A stretch of 64,000 nucleotides of DNA, taken from an uncultured Verrucomicrobiae bacterium (lineage in GTDB: Bacteria > Verrucomicrobiota > Verrucomicrobiia > Chthoniobacterales > Chthoniobacteraceae). The DNA lies in the NCBI GenBank assembly GCA_963769025.1, contig CAVYKI010000003.1, positions 704,001 to 768,000 of the forward strand. Reading direction: 5' to 3'. The position numbers were made by a program, and so were the translations under genes. Under the pieces are notes generated by a model. It saw only the letters and a program-made list of their open reading frames with translations. It was not told the origin of the DNA and searched no databases. Numbering within the stretch: position 1 is the stretch's first letter; each line of letters begins with the position of its first letter. Positions 10,201 to 25,200 of this stretch are shown here, piece after piece.

Positions 10201-13200
10201 CGTGGTGCCGCCGGTGTACGTGTTGTCATTGTTCAGGAGCACCGTGCCCTGGCCGTTGACGGCCAGCGCGCCGACGAGGAGCCGGTTTGCGCCGGTGAGG
10301 ACGTTGGCGGTCCCGACCACCGGGCTGAGATCCAAGCGGTTGGTGGCGGAGTCGTTTGCGCCGAGGCGGTAGGTGTTGCCGTTGCCAGCGCCGAGGGCGT
10401 TGGCCGTGTAGGCGATGGTGCCCTGCGAACCGAGGTAAAGGCTGCCATCACCGATGCTGCCGGCCGCGAGGCTCAGGGGATTGGCGTAGGTCGCCTCGAT
10501 GCGCAGCGTGCTGTTGGTCGAGGCGGGGTTGATCAGCGCGGCGAGTTGCGCCGGCGTGTTGGCCGCCAGGATGCGCACCGTGGCGAATCGCGCCACCGAG
10601 CCCATGGCGAGGACGCTCTGTCCCGATCCGGTGTCGATGTTCGTGCCCGCTTCGAGGCGGATGGCACCTTCCGGATTGATCTGGATCTGGCTCGTGCCCG
10701 CCGTGGCCAGCGTGCTCGCGCCGCCGAGGTTGCCGAAGCGCATCAGACCCTGGTTGATGTAGATTCCGCCCGTGAAGGTGTTGACGGCATTCGGAGCCGC
10801 TGAACCCGCGAGCCGGTCGTCAAACCAGATCTCGTTGCCGCCATTCTTCACGATGTAGAGGTTGCTGCCGCCGTCGCTCACGCCGCTCAGGACTGTGCCG
10901 AAGTTGCCCGTGAAGGTCGGCGTGCCGCTCAGATTCACGGCATTGAAACGCGTCGAGTAGTTGTTGCCCTGATTCACCGTCAGCGTCTGGCCGCCGATGT
11001 TCAGGGTGTTGAAGGCCAGCGTCTTGTTGGATGCACCGATCGCGGACGACCGGTTCGACGTGATCGTCGTGCTGCCGACGATGTTCAAATTCGGGACGTC
11101 GGCGAAGAGGTAAGTGCGGTTGGTGCCGGTCGCATCGCCATCGACCCGGAGGCTAAGTGCACCACCGAGGATGGTGATGTCGCCCGAACCGAGCTGGCTG
11201 AAGAGAACGTTGCCGCTGGAGGTGCCAAGGCTGGTGGAATTGCCGCCCACCTGAACGGTGCCGCCCTGAATGATCAGGCCGCCGGTGTTGTCGCTGGTCG
11301 TGGTGTAAACGGCCGCGTCCAGACCGAGGTTGAGCTGTCCAGCGGCCTGCTTGATGATCGTGGCTGAGCCGGTCAGCGCCTGGTTGCTCGTGACACCGCC
11401 GAGGGTCAGCGTGTTATCGAGCCGGAAAACCGCGTTCCCCACCGGGCCCAGATCGGTCGTGCCGTTGATCTGAAGCTGGTAGGTATTGCCCGAGGTGAGG
11501 CTGAAATTCTGGCCCTGGTCTCCGGGCGCACCGCCGAACGTGAGCGTGCCGGCGACCTGCATTTTCGCGCCGGTGAGCGTCGTGCTTGCGGCCCGATCCA
11601 CGTTCACCGTGACGAGCGCGTTGCCCGCAGCCAGCACGATGCTGTTGTTGAAGATCTCGTTGGTGACATCCCCGCGGAAGCCCAGAGTGGCGGCGTAGCC
11701 GTTGACGGTGATGACACTGCCGTTGCCGCCGTTGTTCGATGTGCCGGCGGTGGTGTCGCTGTCGCGGATAAAGAGCTGACCGCGGTTCAGGGCGATGGGG
11801 CCCGTGAAGCTGGTGTGATCCGAATCCAGGAAGAGCAGTCCGTCACCGGTCTTCGAGATGGCGGTGGCGGTGATCTTGCCGGTGCCGGTGGCGACGCTGT
11901 CGGCCACGTTGTTGGCCAGCGTGCCGATGATCATGTTGCCGACTTGGTTTCCGATATACAGCTCGCCCGTCGTCGTGATGGCCGTGGTGATGGTGTTGGC
12001 CACGTTGGAAATCAGGCCGCCGCTGCCGATGCTGAGGATGCCGGCGTTGGTGCCGGAGATGTTGGCGTCGGCACGGACGCCCCAGGTGCTCACCGTCACG
12101 CCGTCGGCGATGGTCGCCGCCGCATTGACCAAAAGGCGCTCGTTGGCGAGGAGCGGGTTGGTGACGAGCGCGCCGCCGATGGCGCGGTCAAAGCCGGCGT
12201 TGACGAAGCCGAAGTCGCTGTAAGTCACGAACTGGACATCGGTCTGGTTCCAGATCCACGGCGTCATCATGCCGTTGGCGAGCGTGGCACCGGAGATGTT
12301 CGCGAGCTGCGCCGCGAGGTTGGCGCCCGCCACGGTCACGCGTTCATCGCTGCCGAGCTGTCCGGCATTCTGCGGATGGATGGACACCTGGCCCTGGTTG
12401 AGGCGGGTGAGGCTCGCCATGTTCAGTTCCGTGATGCGGCCGGTGAAGCTGCGGTTCGGGATGATCAATGAACCGCCATCGATGCTGACGGCACCGACGA
12501 CTTCGCGGATGTCCGCGGCGTTGCTGCCGACGAGGCGGAGGATGCCGCTGTTCAGGACGACGGGCGTGGCGTCGCCATAGCGGCCCTGGGCCGAGATGCC
12601 GTTCGCGAGCAGGTCAAAGTCATTGCGAAGCTGGATTTCGCCGCCCTGGCGGATCGTGGGCTGGATCGCCGTGGCACCGTTGAAGAACCGGCCGCCGGCA
12701 CCGCCCACGGCGAGGGCGCCGAAGGTCTCGTAGCTCGGCGACGTCATCGTGCCGCGGATTTCCAGGACGCTGCCGCGGTTCACCAGCGTGGTGCCGGTGT
12801 AGGTCTGGTTGCCGATGATGATGGCCGTGCCCGCGCCGTTGCCCACGGTGACCGAGCCGCTGTTGGTGAGCGGCGCGCCGGTGACGAGCGAGGTCTTCGT
12901 GGAAGCGCCGAAGGTCACATCGCTCAGCGCATTGTTCGTGAAGTCGCTGCCGATGTAGATGATCGCGCCGCCGCCCGCGAGGCGGACGACCGAGTCGGTG
13001 TTGTTGCCACTGCCCGCACCGAAGTTGTACGACTTGCCGGCTCCGAGCGAGGCGGCGTTGTAGCTGCCTTCGAGGAAGGAGCCGTTCGTCGTGGAACCGA
13101 GGAACCACGTGCCGTCGCCGATCTTCCCGAGGTCGATCGTCTGGCTGTAGGTGGAGTTGATCGCGAGAACGCCCGCGCCGGTGTTCAGCGCGCGCTGCAT

Positions 13201-16200
13201 GTTGCCATCGAACGCGCCGCCCGCCTGCGGGACGCGCAGGTGGTAGTCGGCGAGCGCCGTGTTGTCGCCGATGCCGATGACGCCGTAGGTGTTCAGGTTG
13301 CTGCGGACATCCACGAGCTGGCCGCCGTTGACGTTGCCGATGCCAGTAAAGCGCAGGATCGCGCCGGGCTGGATGGTGACATTGCCCGCTGCGAGCGTGG
13401 AGGTGGTGTTGAGTTCGCGGGTGTTGCCCCGGAAGTTTGCAAAGTAGGTGTTGCCGGCCGCAAGCACGGTGCCGCCCGTGGCGGTGTTCGCGGTGGTGTT
13501 GATTTCCAGGTTCGCGCCGCCCTGCTTGAAGAGCGTGCCATTGCCGCTGACCGTCCCGCTGAGGGTGGTGGAGGTGAAGTTCAGCGAGAGGTAGGCGTCA
13601 TTCGTCATGGTCATCCCACCCGCGATCTCCAACGAAAAGTTGTTGGCCCCATTCAGGCTCAGGAAGTTGGTGCCGAGCGGTCCGCCGAACGCGATGCTGC
13701 CGATCTGCACCGTGTTGTTGTTCGCCGCGTTGCCGCTGCGGACGTCAATGACGGTGTTGATGCTGCTGATGAAGTTGCCGCTGCTCATCGTGGCTAGGGA
13801 GCCGTTGACGAAGTTGTTCCCGGCAAAGACGGACACGGTGGACGGGTCCGAGAGGTTGTCGTTGTCGGTACGGAAGTTGATCGTGGCTCCATTGAGCGTC
13901 ACGGTCGCCCCGGTGCCGAGCTGGTTCGAGCCGCCCTGCGACCGGCGCACTTCCAAGGTGCCTTGCATCACGTTCCACGCGCCCACGGCATTCGGGGCGG
14001 ATGGGTTCGAGCCGCTGCCCGTGCCGGTGTTGGTCAGGTAGAGCGCGCTCGCGCCAATCTTGGTGATCGTCTTGCCGCTCGCGTTGATCGTGCCGCCGAG
14101 GACAGCCTGCTGCGCCACGTTCAGCACGGTGTCGCCGGCAAAGGTGGTGTCGTTGCGCACGAGCAGGCCGTTGGTGCTGCCGCCCCCAAACGTGAGGACC
14201 GGGGCGTTGATCGTCAGGCTGTTCACGGCCTGGAAGCCGGTGGTGCTGTTGGTCGCAATCTGGCTGGTCGTGTTCGCCGAGCCGAAGTTGTTCAGCGCAT
14301 TGATCGTGAGGTCGTAGCCATTGCCGGGGCCGATGGTGATGACATCGATGTTGTCCTGAACCTCGTTCGGCGCGATCGTGTTGCGGATGTCGAGGATGCC
14401 GCCCGCGAGGTTCACCGGACCCGTTCCGAGCGAGTTGAAGGAGCCGATCTGCAGGCTGCCCAGCGGGGTGTAAAGGCCGGAGGCGCTGGTGATGTTGCCC
14501 GCGTTGATCGTGGTGCCGCCATTGTAGTCGTTGTTGTAGCCGAGGATGGCGGTGCCGATGCCGCTCTTGACCAGCGCAATGTTGCCGGTGATGAGGCCAT
14601 TCGAGTTGCTCGTGACGCCCGTCTGCGTCGCGATGGTCAGCGTCGCGGCGGCGCCGGTGTTGATGATGCGTCCCGTGGCGGCCGTGGCGGTCGTCTGTCC
14701 GCCGAGGGCGGCGATGGTCAGGTTCTGGCCGTTGATGTCGAACTCCGCGCCGTCCATCGGGGCGATATTGATGAGGCCGCCGCTGGGCAAGCTGCCCTGG
14801 CCGGCGAATTGCACCGAGCCGTCGTTGATCTGGATCGTCCGCAGGGCGGTGCTCGTCGGCGCCATCACGTTGCCGGTGCCCGAAATCAGCAGATCGCCGA
14901 GGCCGGACTTCGTGAAGTTCGTCGCAGTGAAGGAGCCGGAGAGCGTGTGCGCCGTGCTCGAGGCCGCGGTATATACCAGGGCTTCACCCGGCGCGGCGGC
15001 GGACGCCCCGAAGACGAGGTCCGTGCTGATCGTGACACCTGCATTGCCGCTGGCGGTGTTCGGATTGAGGATGAGGCCGCCGCTGGCAATCGTCAGGACC
15101 TGGCCTGGCGAGGTGATGCTTGCGCCGGTGCGGACGGCGTTCACCGTCTGTGGCGCGACTTGGGAGCTGTCCGCCACGGCCGACGCCGGGACGATCGCGT
15201 TGCCAGCCGCCGTCGTGGCGAAGACGGTGCTTCCGTCGCCGCCATTGGCCGCGCGCAGGGTGAAACCCGTGGCGCCGGAATTCTGGACAAAGTCGAGCTC
15301 GAAGGTCGAGGGGTTGCGCACCACGATGGTGGGCAAAGTCAGCATGCCGTTCGTGTTCGTGAACGTGGAGCCCGTCGCGAACTGCTCGGTCCCTCCGAGA
15401 TTCGCCAGCACGGACGGGACGATGACGATGGCGCCCTGGTTCACGCGGGTGAGCGCGGTGGCCGTGAGCTTGGTCGAAGTGGCCGCGTTCTTGGCGAGCT
15501 GGATCGAGGAACCCGCCCCGTAGGTGACGGTCCCAATGGTCAGGGCCTGGACACCGGCGGTGCCGACGAGGCTCAGCGTGCCGTCAAAGATGTCCACCCG
15601 GTTGCCGAAGGGCGTGCCGCTGAGGGCCGTCGTGCTCACGACGCCGCCGAAGGTGCCGGAAGGCAGGTTGGCCGCTGCCGCCGCGGGCGAGCCGCCGATG
15701 ACGATGCCGTTCAGCAAGTTGGTCCCGTTGTTCAGGGCCAGCGTTCCTGCACCCTGCTTGCCGAAGGAGAACCCCGTGCCGGCGACCTGGGTGTTGATGG
15801 TGAAGAGCCCGTTCGCGTCGCGCACATCGATGAAGCTCGTGTTCGTCGTGGTGATACCGAGGATGTGGTTGCTGCTCGCCGCATCCCAGAGGACGGGAGT
15901 CGTCCCGAGGAGCACCAGCGTGCCGGTTCCAGTGAGCGTGATGTTCGTCGCCGTCGTGGAGATGCGGCCGAGGTTGGCGTCGTTGAAGAAGCGCAGCACA
16001 CCGGCGCTGATGACGACCTGGCTGTTGCCGGCACCGGTCGGGAAGAACGTATTCGTGCCGCTCAGTTCCAGCGTGCCCGCTCCAATCTTGGTGAGCTTGC
16101 TGCCTGCGGCGCTGCTGTTGCTCAGGACACCGGAGAATGCAGTGACCCCTTGGCTGGCGAGAACGTTGAAGTTGCGCGTGCGGAGGGTGCCGTCCGAGTT

Positions 16201-19200
16201 CAGGTTGAGATCGCGGGTGAAGGTCAGGTTGTAACGCCCGCCGAAGGTGAGCGTGGTGTCCGCCGCAGTGGTGAGCGCGCCCAGCGCGTTGACAACGACA
16301 CGGTCCGCGCCGAAGGCAACGATTTCGCCGCCCGCGTTGGCATTGCCCGCGCCGAAGGTGAGCGTGCCGGTGCCGAGCGGGCCGCTGAGGATCGTCGGGT
16401 TGTTCGCCGGACCCGTGTAATACGTGTCCGCGTTGAGCTGGAGGCGGCCCGACGAGAGCGTGGTGCCGCCGCTGTAGGTGCTGGTGCCGAAGCCGTTCGA
16501 GTTGGCGCTCAGGCGCACGACACCCTGGACGTTGGTGTTGCCGATCGTGATGGCACCCGCGCCGCTGATGGATCCCTGGATGTCGATCACGCCGCCGCGG
16601 AAGGTGCCGTTGCTGGTCGAGACGTTGTCGATGAAGAGCGTCTGGCCGGCGGTCGGAATCGCAATGTTGCCGGTCACGACCGAGTTGTTGATCGTCTGGC
16701 CGCGCAGCAGGAACACGCCGGTGCCATTGACCGTCGTGAAGATGAGGTCGCGAGCGAACGTGATCTGGCCCGCCAAGCCAAGCTGGCCGGCGGTGTTCGT
16801 TCCGTTGTTGCCGAAGATGATCGGCGTGTCGCTCATGCCCAGCGCGCCGGCCACGTTCGGATCCGCGGACACGTCTCGTGCCCACGAGCAGGATGCCCTG
16901 GTTGACGGTCGTCGTGCCCTGGTAGGTGTTCAGTCCGTTCAAGATCAAGGCCGAGCCGCCGATCTTGATGATGTTGCTGCCCGGTCCGCCGGTGATCGAC
17001 CCTTCGAAGGCGAGATGATTCGTCTGGCCGATGTTGAAGGTGCGCGTGCCGCCCACACCGCCGGGGGCGAGGTTCACGGTGCCGGTGAAGGTCGCGCTGT
17101 CGCCACCGCTCGTGCTGAAGCCCGCTCCGATGAAGTCCACGTTATTCCTGATGGTCGGGACGTTGCCGAAGCTCAGGTTGCCGCCGTTGAGCCGCAGCAC
17201 GTTGGTCGCACTGCCATCACCGAGCGCGAAGGCGTTGTTGATCGTCAGGGTGCCGCTGTTGGCGCTGACGTAGCCCGTGTGGGCCAGGTTCCGTGCGTTC
17301 AGGGTGACGGTGCCGATGTTGCCGTTGATGTAGTGGGATCCGTTCGCATCGATGTCGGCAGTCAGTGCGCCGCTCTCGATTCCGCTGGCTCCGGTGAATT
17401 GGTTTTCGAAAACCGCGAGTGTATTGGTGCCGCCGCCGAACTGCAGGTTGCCCTGGTTGCCGCCGCCGCCGATGCGATAGACGCCGCCGCTGCCCGCGCC
17501 CAGAGTCTGGCCGAAGTAAATCGAGCCCACCGAGGTGCCCAGCCACATCGTGCCGTCGCCGATGGTCGCCATGTTGAGCGACGAGGTGTAGGCGTTGATG
17601 TCCAGCGCGAGCACTCCGCCAAACGGCCCGGTCTTGACGACATTGAGCTGCCCGGCTCCCGCGCCGAAGGCCGGCAGCGCGCCGTTGTAGGCCACCGCGA
17701 TGCCCGCGAGGCCGTAGTTGTCGCTGTTGAGCGTGACGGTGTTGCCCGCAATGTTCGAGAGGTCCGCGATGCGCAGCATGCCGCCCGGATTCACGGTGAT
17801 CGGCCCGGTGCCGAACGGCGTGCCGGTGCGCGTAAGGCTGCCGACGATGCTCGTGGCGGTGTTCGCCGTGGAGGCGTTGACGATGGTCCCCGTGTAGTTG
17901 TTCGCGCCGCTGGCCATGAGCACGGCTGCGTTGCCGAACTTGATCAGGTTGCCGCCGCTCACCTGCCCGCCGAGCACGATGCCCGAGAACGGAGTGAAGC
18001 TCACGTTCAGGTTGTTGTTGGTGCCTGCGAGGCTCGTGGTCCCGTTCACGTAGATGCCGCTGCCGCTAAACGTCGCCGTCACCGCGCTCTGGGCATTGAT
18101 TGTCCCGATGTTGGCGATGGTCAGGTTGTTGAAACGCTGCATGACCGCCTGGCCGTTGTTGGTAATCGTCGCGTCACCCGCAAAGGTGATGTTGCTGCCG
18201 AGGTTGGTCGTGGCACGGACGTTGGATCCCAGCACGTTGGCGGCGCTGTCGGTCCGGTTGCCGAGCAGGCCGTCGATGGCGAGCGTGCCGCCGTTGAGGA
18301 CGACCTCCTGCGAGTTGATCACGCTGAGCGAGGTGCCGTTCGCGCCGAGGGCATTGAGGAGCGTCAACTGACCGGCATTGATGGTGACAGCACCGGTGAT
18401 TGCGTTGACGGAATTGATCTGGATGTTGCCGCCGCCGAATTTGGTGATGCCGGCGGCCGTGATGGTGCCGGTGATGGTGTTGAACGTCGTGTTCGCGCCG
18501 CTCGGGCTGTAGAGGACCGCTTCCACCGGAGTCGCCAGCGAGCCGAAGACCAGGTTCGGGTTGACGTTGACCGTGTAGGTGCTGCCGCCCGAGTTGTTCA
18601 CGCTGCCCATGATCAACCCGCCGCTGGCGATGGTGATCGTGTTGTTGGCGCCGTTGGTGTTGATGTTCAGCGTCGAGTTGTTGTTCGGGCCGCTGCCTTG
18701 GAAGATGCGGAGGGCGTAAACGGACGGGTTGTCCTGCAGCGTGATGGCGGCGGTGCCGTTGAAGCCCGTCTGGAGCAGATCGACCGTCGCAGTGCCACCC
18801 GTCATCCCGGAAGTCAGGTTGATGTTCGCACCGCCGGTGGTCTGGACGTTCGTGTATCCGACCTGGTAGGGGCTGGGCGTCGTCGTATCCACGAGGCTCT
18901 GGAACCCGCTGTCCACTCCGGTGACCGGGCTGTAGGTCATGAACTGGTGCTCGGTCTGGTTGATCATCCACGGCGACACCATGCCCGCCGTGGCGATCCC
19001 GGCGGTCACATTCGCCCCGATCGTGGTCCTGCCGGCCAGGCTCACCCCGCCGGCGACGGTGATGCGTTCAAAGTTGTTGTACGTGCCCGTGGCCGCCAGT
19101 CCGCCCGGGATGCCGAGGGTGTTGGCGCTATTGGTAACGGAGAGTGTGCCGCCGGCCGAACGGGTGAGCCCTCCGAGAATCAAGGTGGCGGAACCCGAGC

Positions 19201-22200
19201 CGGACGGACGGATGACCGTCAGGACGCCGCCCTTGCTCACGTTGACCGTACCGATGGTCTCCTGGGACGTCACGGCGGTCGCGCCGTTGAAACGGAAGGT
19301 GCCGCCGTTCAGGTCCACTCCGGTCGTGTTGTTCCATGCGCCCTGGCCGCCGGCGTACTGGCCTGCGAAGTCGTTGATGATGATCGCGCCGCCGGGACGG
19401 AGCGTGAAGGCATTCGAATTCAGCCCGGTGAGCCCGTTGACGAACGAGCCGGTGCCGTTGTAGCCCTGCGGGTCCGCGGCGAGCTGGACGGTGCCGAAGA
19501 CTTCGACCGCTCCGGTGCCGAGCGGCGTGCTGCCGCCGGGGGCCGCGCCGGTCTCGAGTTCCAAGATCAGGCCCTTGGTGACGAGCGTACCACCCGAGTA
19601 GTTGTTCGAATTGCGGATGCGGACGGTGCCGCCGAGGTTGGTCAGCGCTCCGTTGTTTGCATTGCCCAGCAGCGAGCCGATCTGCACGGAGGCAGTGCCG
19701 GTGAGCACATTATCCGAGCCGCCAAAGCTGAGGATGCCCGACTGGCCGCCCGCGATGCGGTAGGCGTTCCCCAAGCCCACGCCGAGGGTCGGTGCCAGGT
19801 AGTTGGCTTCCGTTCCGAGGCCCGAGGCGAGGAAGGAGTCGCCGGCGCCGACGGTGGCGAGATTCAGCGCGGTGCTCCACATGGGCTGGCCGAGGAGAAG
19901 CGCAGTGTCGTACCTGCTGGCGAGGCCGGCGAGGATTCCGGCAGCCGGGGCGAAGTTGTTGTCCAGCGTCACCGTGCCGACGTTGTTGACGGCGCTGAGG
20001 ACGCGGAGATTGGCAGGCGTGCTGATGCTTCCATCCCCCGCGATGCGCAGGGTGGCTCCGGGATACACCCGCACGAGGCCCGAGCCGAGCGGCGTGCCGG
20101 TGGTGCCGGTGATCTGCACCGCTCCGGACTGGATGTTCAGGCCGCCACTCCACGTGTTGGCCGTGCCGGAGATGATCAGCGTGCGCAGTTCGTTGACGGC
20201 GCCGCTCGTCTTGTTCAAGGCACCGCTGCCCGCGATCACGCCCGCGAGTTCCACCACGCCGCTGGGACCGTTGCTCGGCGTGTTGATCGTCGCATAGTTG
20301 CCGAGGATGTTGGTGCCGTTCTGGACGAGCAGCCCGTAGCTGTTCGCGCCGGTGACGGTGAGCGTCTGGTTCGTGAGGTTCAGCGTGCTGAACTGGATGT
20401 TGTTGCCAATGTAGGTCGCATTGCTGAGCCGGTCCACGTTGACGGTCGCCGGGCCGCGGACGTTGACGTTCATGCCGTCCGTCGCCTGGTTGCCGAAAAC
20501 GATGCCGAACTGGCCCTTGGTGCCGCCGCCATTGCTGCGCAGGTCGAGCGTGCCGCCGTAGAGATTGAGATCGCCGGGCGTGCTGCCGGAACCGCCGCCG
20601 AGACCGGTGACGCTCAGCACCTGCAACGTGCCCTGGTAGAGATTCGTGCCGCCGACGTAGGTGTTCACGCCGGCGTCCGGCTGGTCCTGCCGCGCGGCGG
20701 TGATGGTGAGGGTGCCCGTGCCCATCTTGTTCAGCGTGGTGGATCCGACGGTGTCGAGGATGCGCCCGGAGAAACTGGTGCTGGTCGTGCCATTGACGGT
20801 GAGCTTCCCGGCCGTGGCGCTGGTGTTCGTGACAAACCCGCCCGAGCCGCTCTGCGAATTGCTCAAATCGCCAATTTTAACGTTCTGGCCGTTCAGGTCG
20901 AAGGTCGCGCGGCCATTGAGGTTGAGCGACGTCTGGAGCGAGTCAAACCGCCCGCTCGCGCCCATCTGGACCGTGCCTTCCTGGACGTTCAAGCCGTTGA
21001 TGCTGTTCGCGCCGAGGAGCAAGGTGGTGCCGTTGATGAGCAGCGTGCCGGGGCCGAACTTGGTCAGGCTGTTCGCCGTGATCGCGCCGGAGAGCGTGGT
21101 CGTGCCGGTGCTGCCGACGTAGATCAGGCCTTCGCCGGAGAGGTTCGATCCGACGACGGCGGAGGAAGCATCGAAGATGATGTTGCTGCTGATGGTCGGG
21201 CTGGTCCCGTAGGTCAGGATGCCGCCCTCGCCAGAGACGTGGGTCGCGCCGACACTGGTGATGCGCAGCGTGTTGCCGGAAATGTTGCTGTTCGTGCGGA
21301 GCGCGAAGGCGCTGGCGTTCGCCGTCAGCGTCTGGTTGCTCGTGATGTTGCCGACGGTCGTCGCCGTCGCGCTGTTGATGTCCGTGAATCCGAACGCCGC
21401 GAGCGGCACAAAGCCGTTGACCGCATCATTGGCCAGGAAGTTCGGCGTGCCCGCCGCATCCACCGTGATGATGCTCGGCGAGAAGATGCCGTTGATGACC
21501 GCCGAGGCCCTGGCGACGCCGAGGACGCTCGTGGAGATGACGCGCGCATCCGCGCCTGCGGTCGTCGTGCCGAGCGACAGGCTGTTTGGCTCGATGACGA
21601 GGGTGCCGAAGCCGGTGCGCGTCAGCGTGAGGGCCGAGAGCACGACGTCGTTGGTGCCGCCGTTGGACAGCGAGAGATGCGCTCCGCCGCTCATCGCGAT
21701 CGAGAGATTCGCCGCGGAACCGGCGTTGATGACCGCATTTGTATGGGCCAGCTCGAGCGTGCCCGCGCCGAGATTGAGCGCGAGCGCCGTCGTCGGGATG
21801 CCGGTGTTGGTCGAGGTGGTGACCGTGCCGCCGTTCAGGCGGAATGCGGTGAAGGTGTTGGCCGCGTTCAGCACGAGCGTGCCGCCGCCGGTCTTCGTCA
21901 GCGTGCCGCTCAGGACGCCGTTGGCGAGCAGCGTCGCCCCGGTGTTGATCTGGATGTTGCCGAAGTCCGCGCCGGCGCCAGTGATCGCATGGTTCGTCGC
22001 GAAGCTGTCCGTGATGCGCAGCGTCGCGCCCTGGTTGGCGTTGGCCGTGGTCGGGTTCACGCCGGTGATGGTGATCGTCCCGTTGGTGACCGTGTCACCG
22101 AGCTGGCTGTTCGCGCTGACGAGCACCGTGCCGCCCGTGATCGCGAGCGTGCCGAAGCTGTTGTTGCCCTGGAGCACCAGGTCGCCGAAGCCGATCTTCG

Positions 22201-25200
22201 TGAAGCCCGCTCCCGCGATGTTGCTGCCGGGGGCCTGGGTGAGCGTCTTGCCATCACCCACGTCGAATCCGCTCCCGGTCGAGGTCAGAGCGGTGACGTC
22301 ATTGGTCAGCGTGTAGTCGAAATCCCACACGCCGAGCAAACCGCCGTTCAGCATGATGTGGGAGGTCGCGGGGAGCGCGCCCACCGTGCCCACCACGAGC
22401 GTGCCCTGGTTGATCTGCGTGAAGCCGGTGTAGGTATTCGTGCCGCGCAGGCCGAGCGCGCTCAGTGCCGGTCTTGATCAGGCTGTTGAAGCTCGTGCCG
22501 ACCCCGTCGGTGATGTTGCCGGTGATGATTGCACGGGCGTTGACGTTGTTGACCGTGATCGTGCGCGCCGAGCCCTGTGCGGTGCCGAAGGCGCTGCTCG
22601 AAAGGCTGACATTGCCGGCGAGGAAGATGTTGACGCCGTTCGTGTCGATGATCGCGTCACCGAGGAAGGTGACGTCGTTGGCGAGCGTGATGTTGGGCGC
22701 GAGCCTGGGCAGGCCCAGATTTCCATTCGCGCGCAGCGTGCCGCCGTTGAACGTGATCGTGCCGGTGCCGAGCGCGCCGCTGTTGCCCAGTTCTACGAGC
22801 TGGCCGAGATTGATCGTCGAGCCGCCGGTGAAGCTGTTCGGGGTGTTCAGGAGCACCGTGCCGCCGCCGAGCGTGACCGCGACGGACTGCGCCTGGATCG
22901 TGTTGCTCACGACGCCGAACTGGACGCTGGCCGTGCCGGTGAGCACCGGGGAATTGATCGAGAACGAGCCGCCGCCGCCGCCGATGCGGTAGGTGTTGCC
23001 CGCCCCCACGCCGAGCGTGGTGGCCGTGTACGCCGAGAGGGCCTGGTTCGAGAGGCCGCCGCCGAGGAAGCTGTTTCCGTTGGTCGTGAGGGTGGCCTGG
23101 TTGAGCGCGGTGCTGAAGCCGGTGACATCGATCGCGACCACGCCGTCGTAGGTCGGATCGGAACTCACAAAAGTGACCGCGGGCAGCGCGCCGACATACT
23201 GCATGTTCAGCACGCCCGCACCGGCCTGATCGCTGTTGATGGTGAGACCGCCGCCGACGTTGGCCGCGTTGCTGATGCCGATGGCCGCGCCCGGGCTCAC
23301 CGTGATGGTGCCCGTGCCGAACGGCGTCTGGGCCAGCCCGTTGAGCGAAACCAGAGCGCCCTGGTTGACGGTGACCGCCGCGCTGTAGGCGGGAGAGTCG
23401 CCGCCGATGCTCAGCGTGCCCAGGCCCCACTTCTGCAACGCTCCCACGCCGGAGACCCCGCCGAGAATGGTCATGTTGCTGTTGGTCGCTGTCTCCGTGT
23501 TGATCGAAACCGGACCGTTGAACGTGGCGCTGCCGTAGTTGACAAAGGCGTTGTTCGTCACGCGAACGACCACCGGGGTGTTGAACGTGTTGTTCGCGTA
23601 AGGATTGACCGTCAGCTGATTGTAATAGGAGCTGTTGCCGCCCACGTTCGAATCCGCGTTCACCACCACGGTGCTCAGATAACGGGCCTGCCCCTCAGAG
23701 TACATCTGGCCGCCATTGAGGATGATTTGGTTCCCGTTGATGTAGGGGTTCACCGTGCTGCCGCCCAGTGCGTACTGGTTGTTCAGGCGGAACCAGTTCA
23801 GGCCGCTGACGGTCACATCGCCGGTGAGCGTGCCGCGGTTGTCGGCGTCGAGCCGCATGTCACCGGCGCCAAACTTCGTGATGCCGGTGGCCGTGATGGG
23901 ACCGGTAAAGTTCGTCGTGCTGGCGGTGTTGGGATTGTAGATGACGAGTTCACCCGCCGTTGCGATGGGCGTGGTGAAGGTCTTGGCACCGGAGCCATTG
24001 GTGACGATCAAGCCGCCGCTGACAATCGTGAGCACATGGCTCGGTGTGAGGGTCACGCTCCCCTGAGTCAGCGACGCCTGGTTGGACATCGTGATCGTGG
24101 AGGCACCGAGGGCGGTAATCACCGCACCTGCCGGGATGCCGGTGCCGGTGATGGGCTGGCCGACGCGGAGCGTGGCGATGTTGGCCCCGCTGACACCCGT
24201 GATGATATTGGAGCCCTGCGTGCTGGCACCCGTGACAGTCGCGGCGTTGCCCGTGGTGATGGCCGAGTCGGTGCGCAGCGCGTACACGCTTTGACTGGCG
24301 GTGAGCGCCTGGGTGACGCCGACGATGTCCACTGTGGCCACGCCGGTGGTCAGGCCCGTGAACGTGTTGGCGGTCGTCAGGCGGTTGCTGTAGGCCACCT
24401 GCCCGGCGCCCGGCGTGGCGATGCTGAGGAGCGGCTGGAGACCGAGCGTGCCGCCCTGGTTGCTGAGGAAGGTGAGATTCGTGCCGTCCACCATCCACAC
24501 CGGGGCGATGCCGCCGGTGGCACCTGCGCCGTTGTTGGTCGTGCCGGCGTTCGCGCCAAAGGTCGGAGTCGTCACGAGCAGGCGATCAAAGGCGGCGGCG
24601 CCGTTGAGGCTGCCCTGCGCTGTCATCACGCCCGCCGCGATCGTGGCGGCGGCGGCGCTGGTGACCGTGAGCGTGCCCTTCTGCGAGCCGCGGACGATGT
24701 CCGAGACCTCGAGGACATTCGTACCCGAATTCTGGCGGCTCAACTGGATCGTGCCGTTGTTGAGGCCGACGGTGACCGCGCCGATTTTCTCGTAGGTGTC
24801 CTGGTTGTTCGTGCCGACAAGGTTGAAAGTGCCGCCGTCGAGCGTGACGCCCGTTGCATCGGCCCAGCGGCCCTGGGTGCCCGAGCCGGCGAAGACGCCG
24901 GAGTTGTTGTCCAGACGGATCACGCCGAGGTTGCGCAGGACGTAGGTGTTGGCATTTCCCAGGGCGGGAACGTTGTACGCCGAACCGTCGCCACCGCGGA
25001 AGATGAGCACGCCGCTGTTACGGATTTCCACCACGCCCGAGCCGAGCGGCGTCGCTCCGCCAGGTCCGGGCGCTCCGCCGGTTTCCACGACGAGGGTGCT
25101 GCCACGGTTGATGAGCGTGCCGGCGCTGTAGCTGTTCGAGTTCTGGATGACCACCGTGCCCGTGGAGTTCAGGGGAGCCACGAGGCCGAGGGTGACCGTA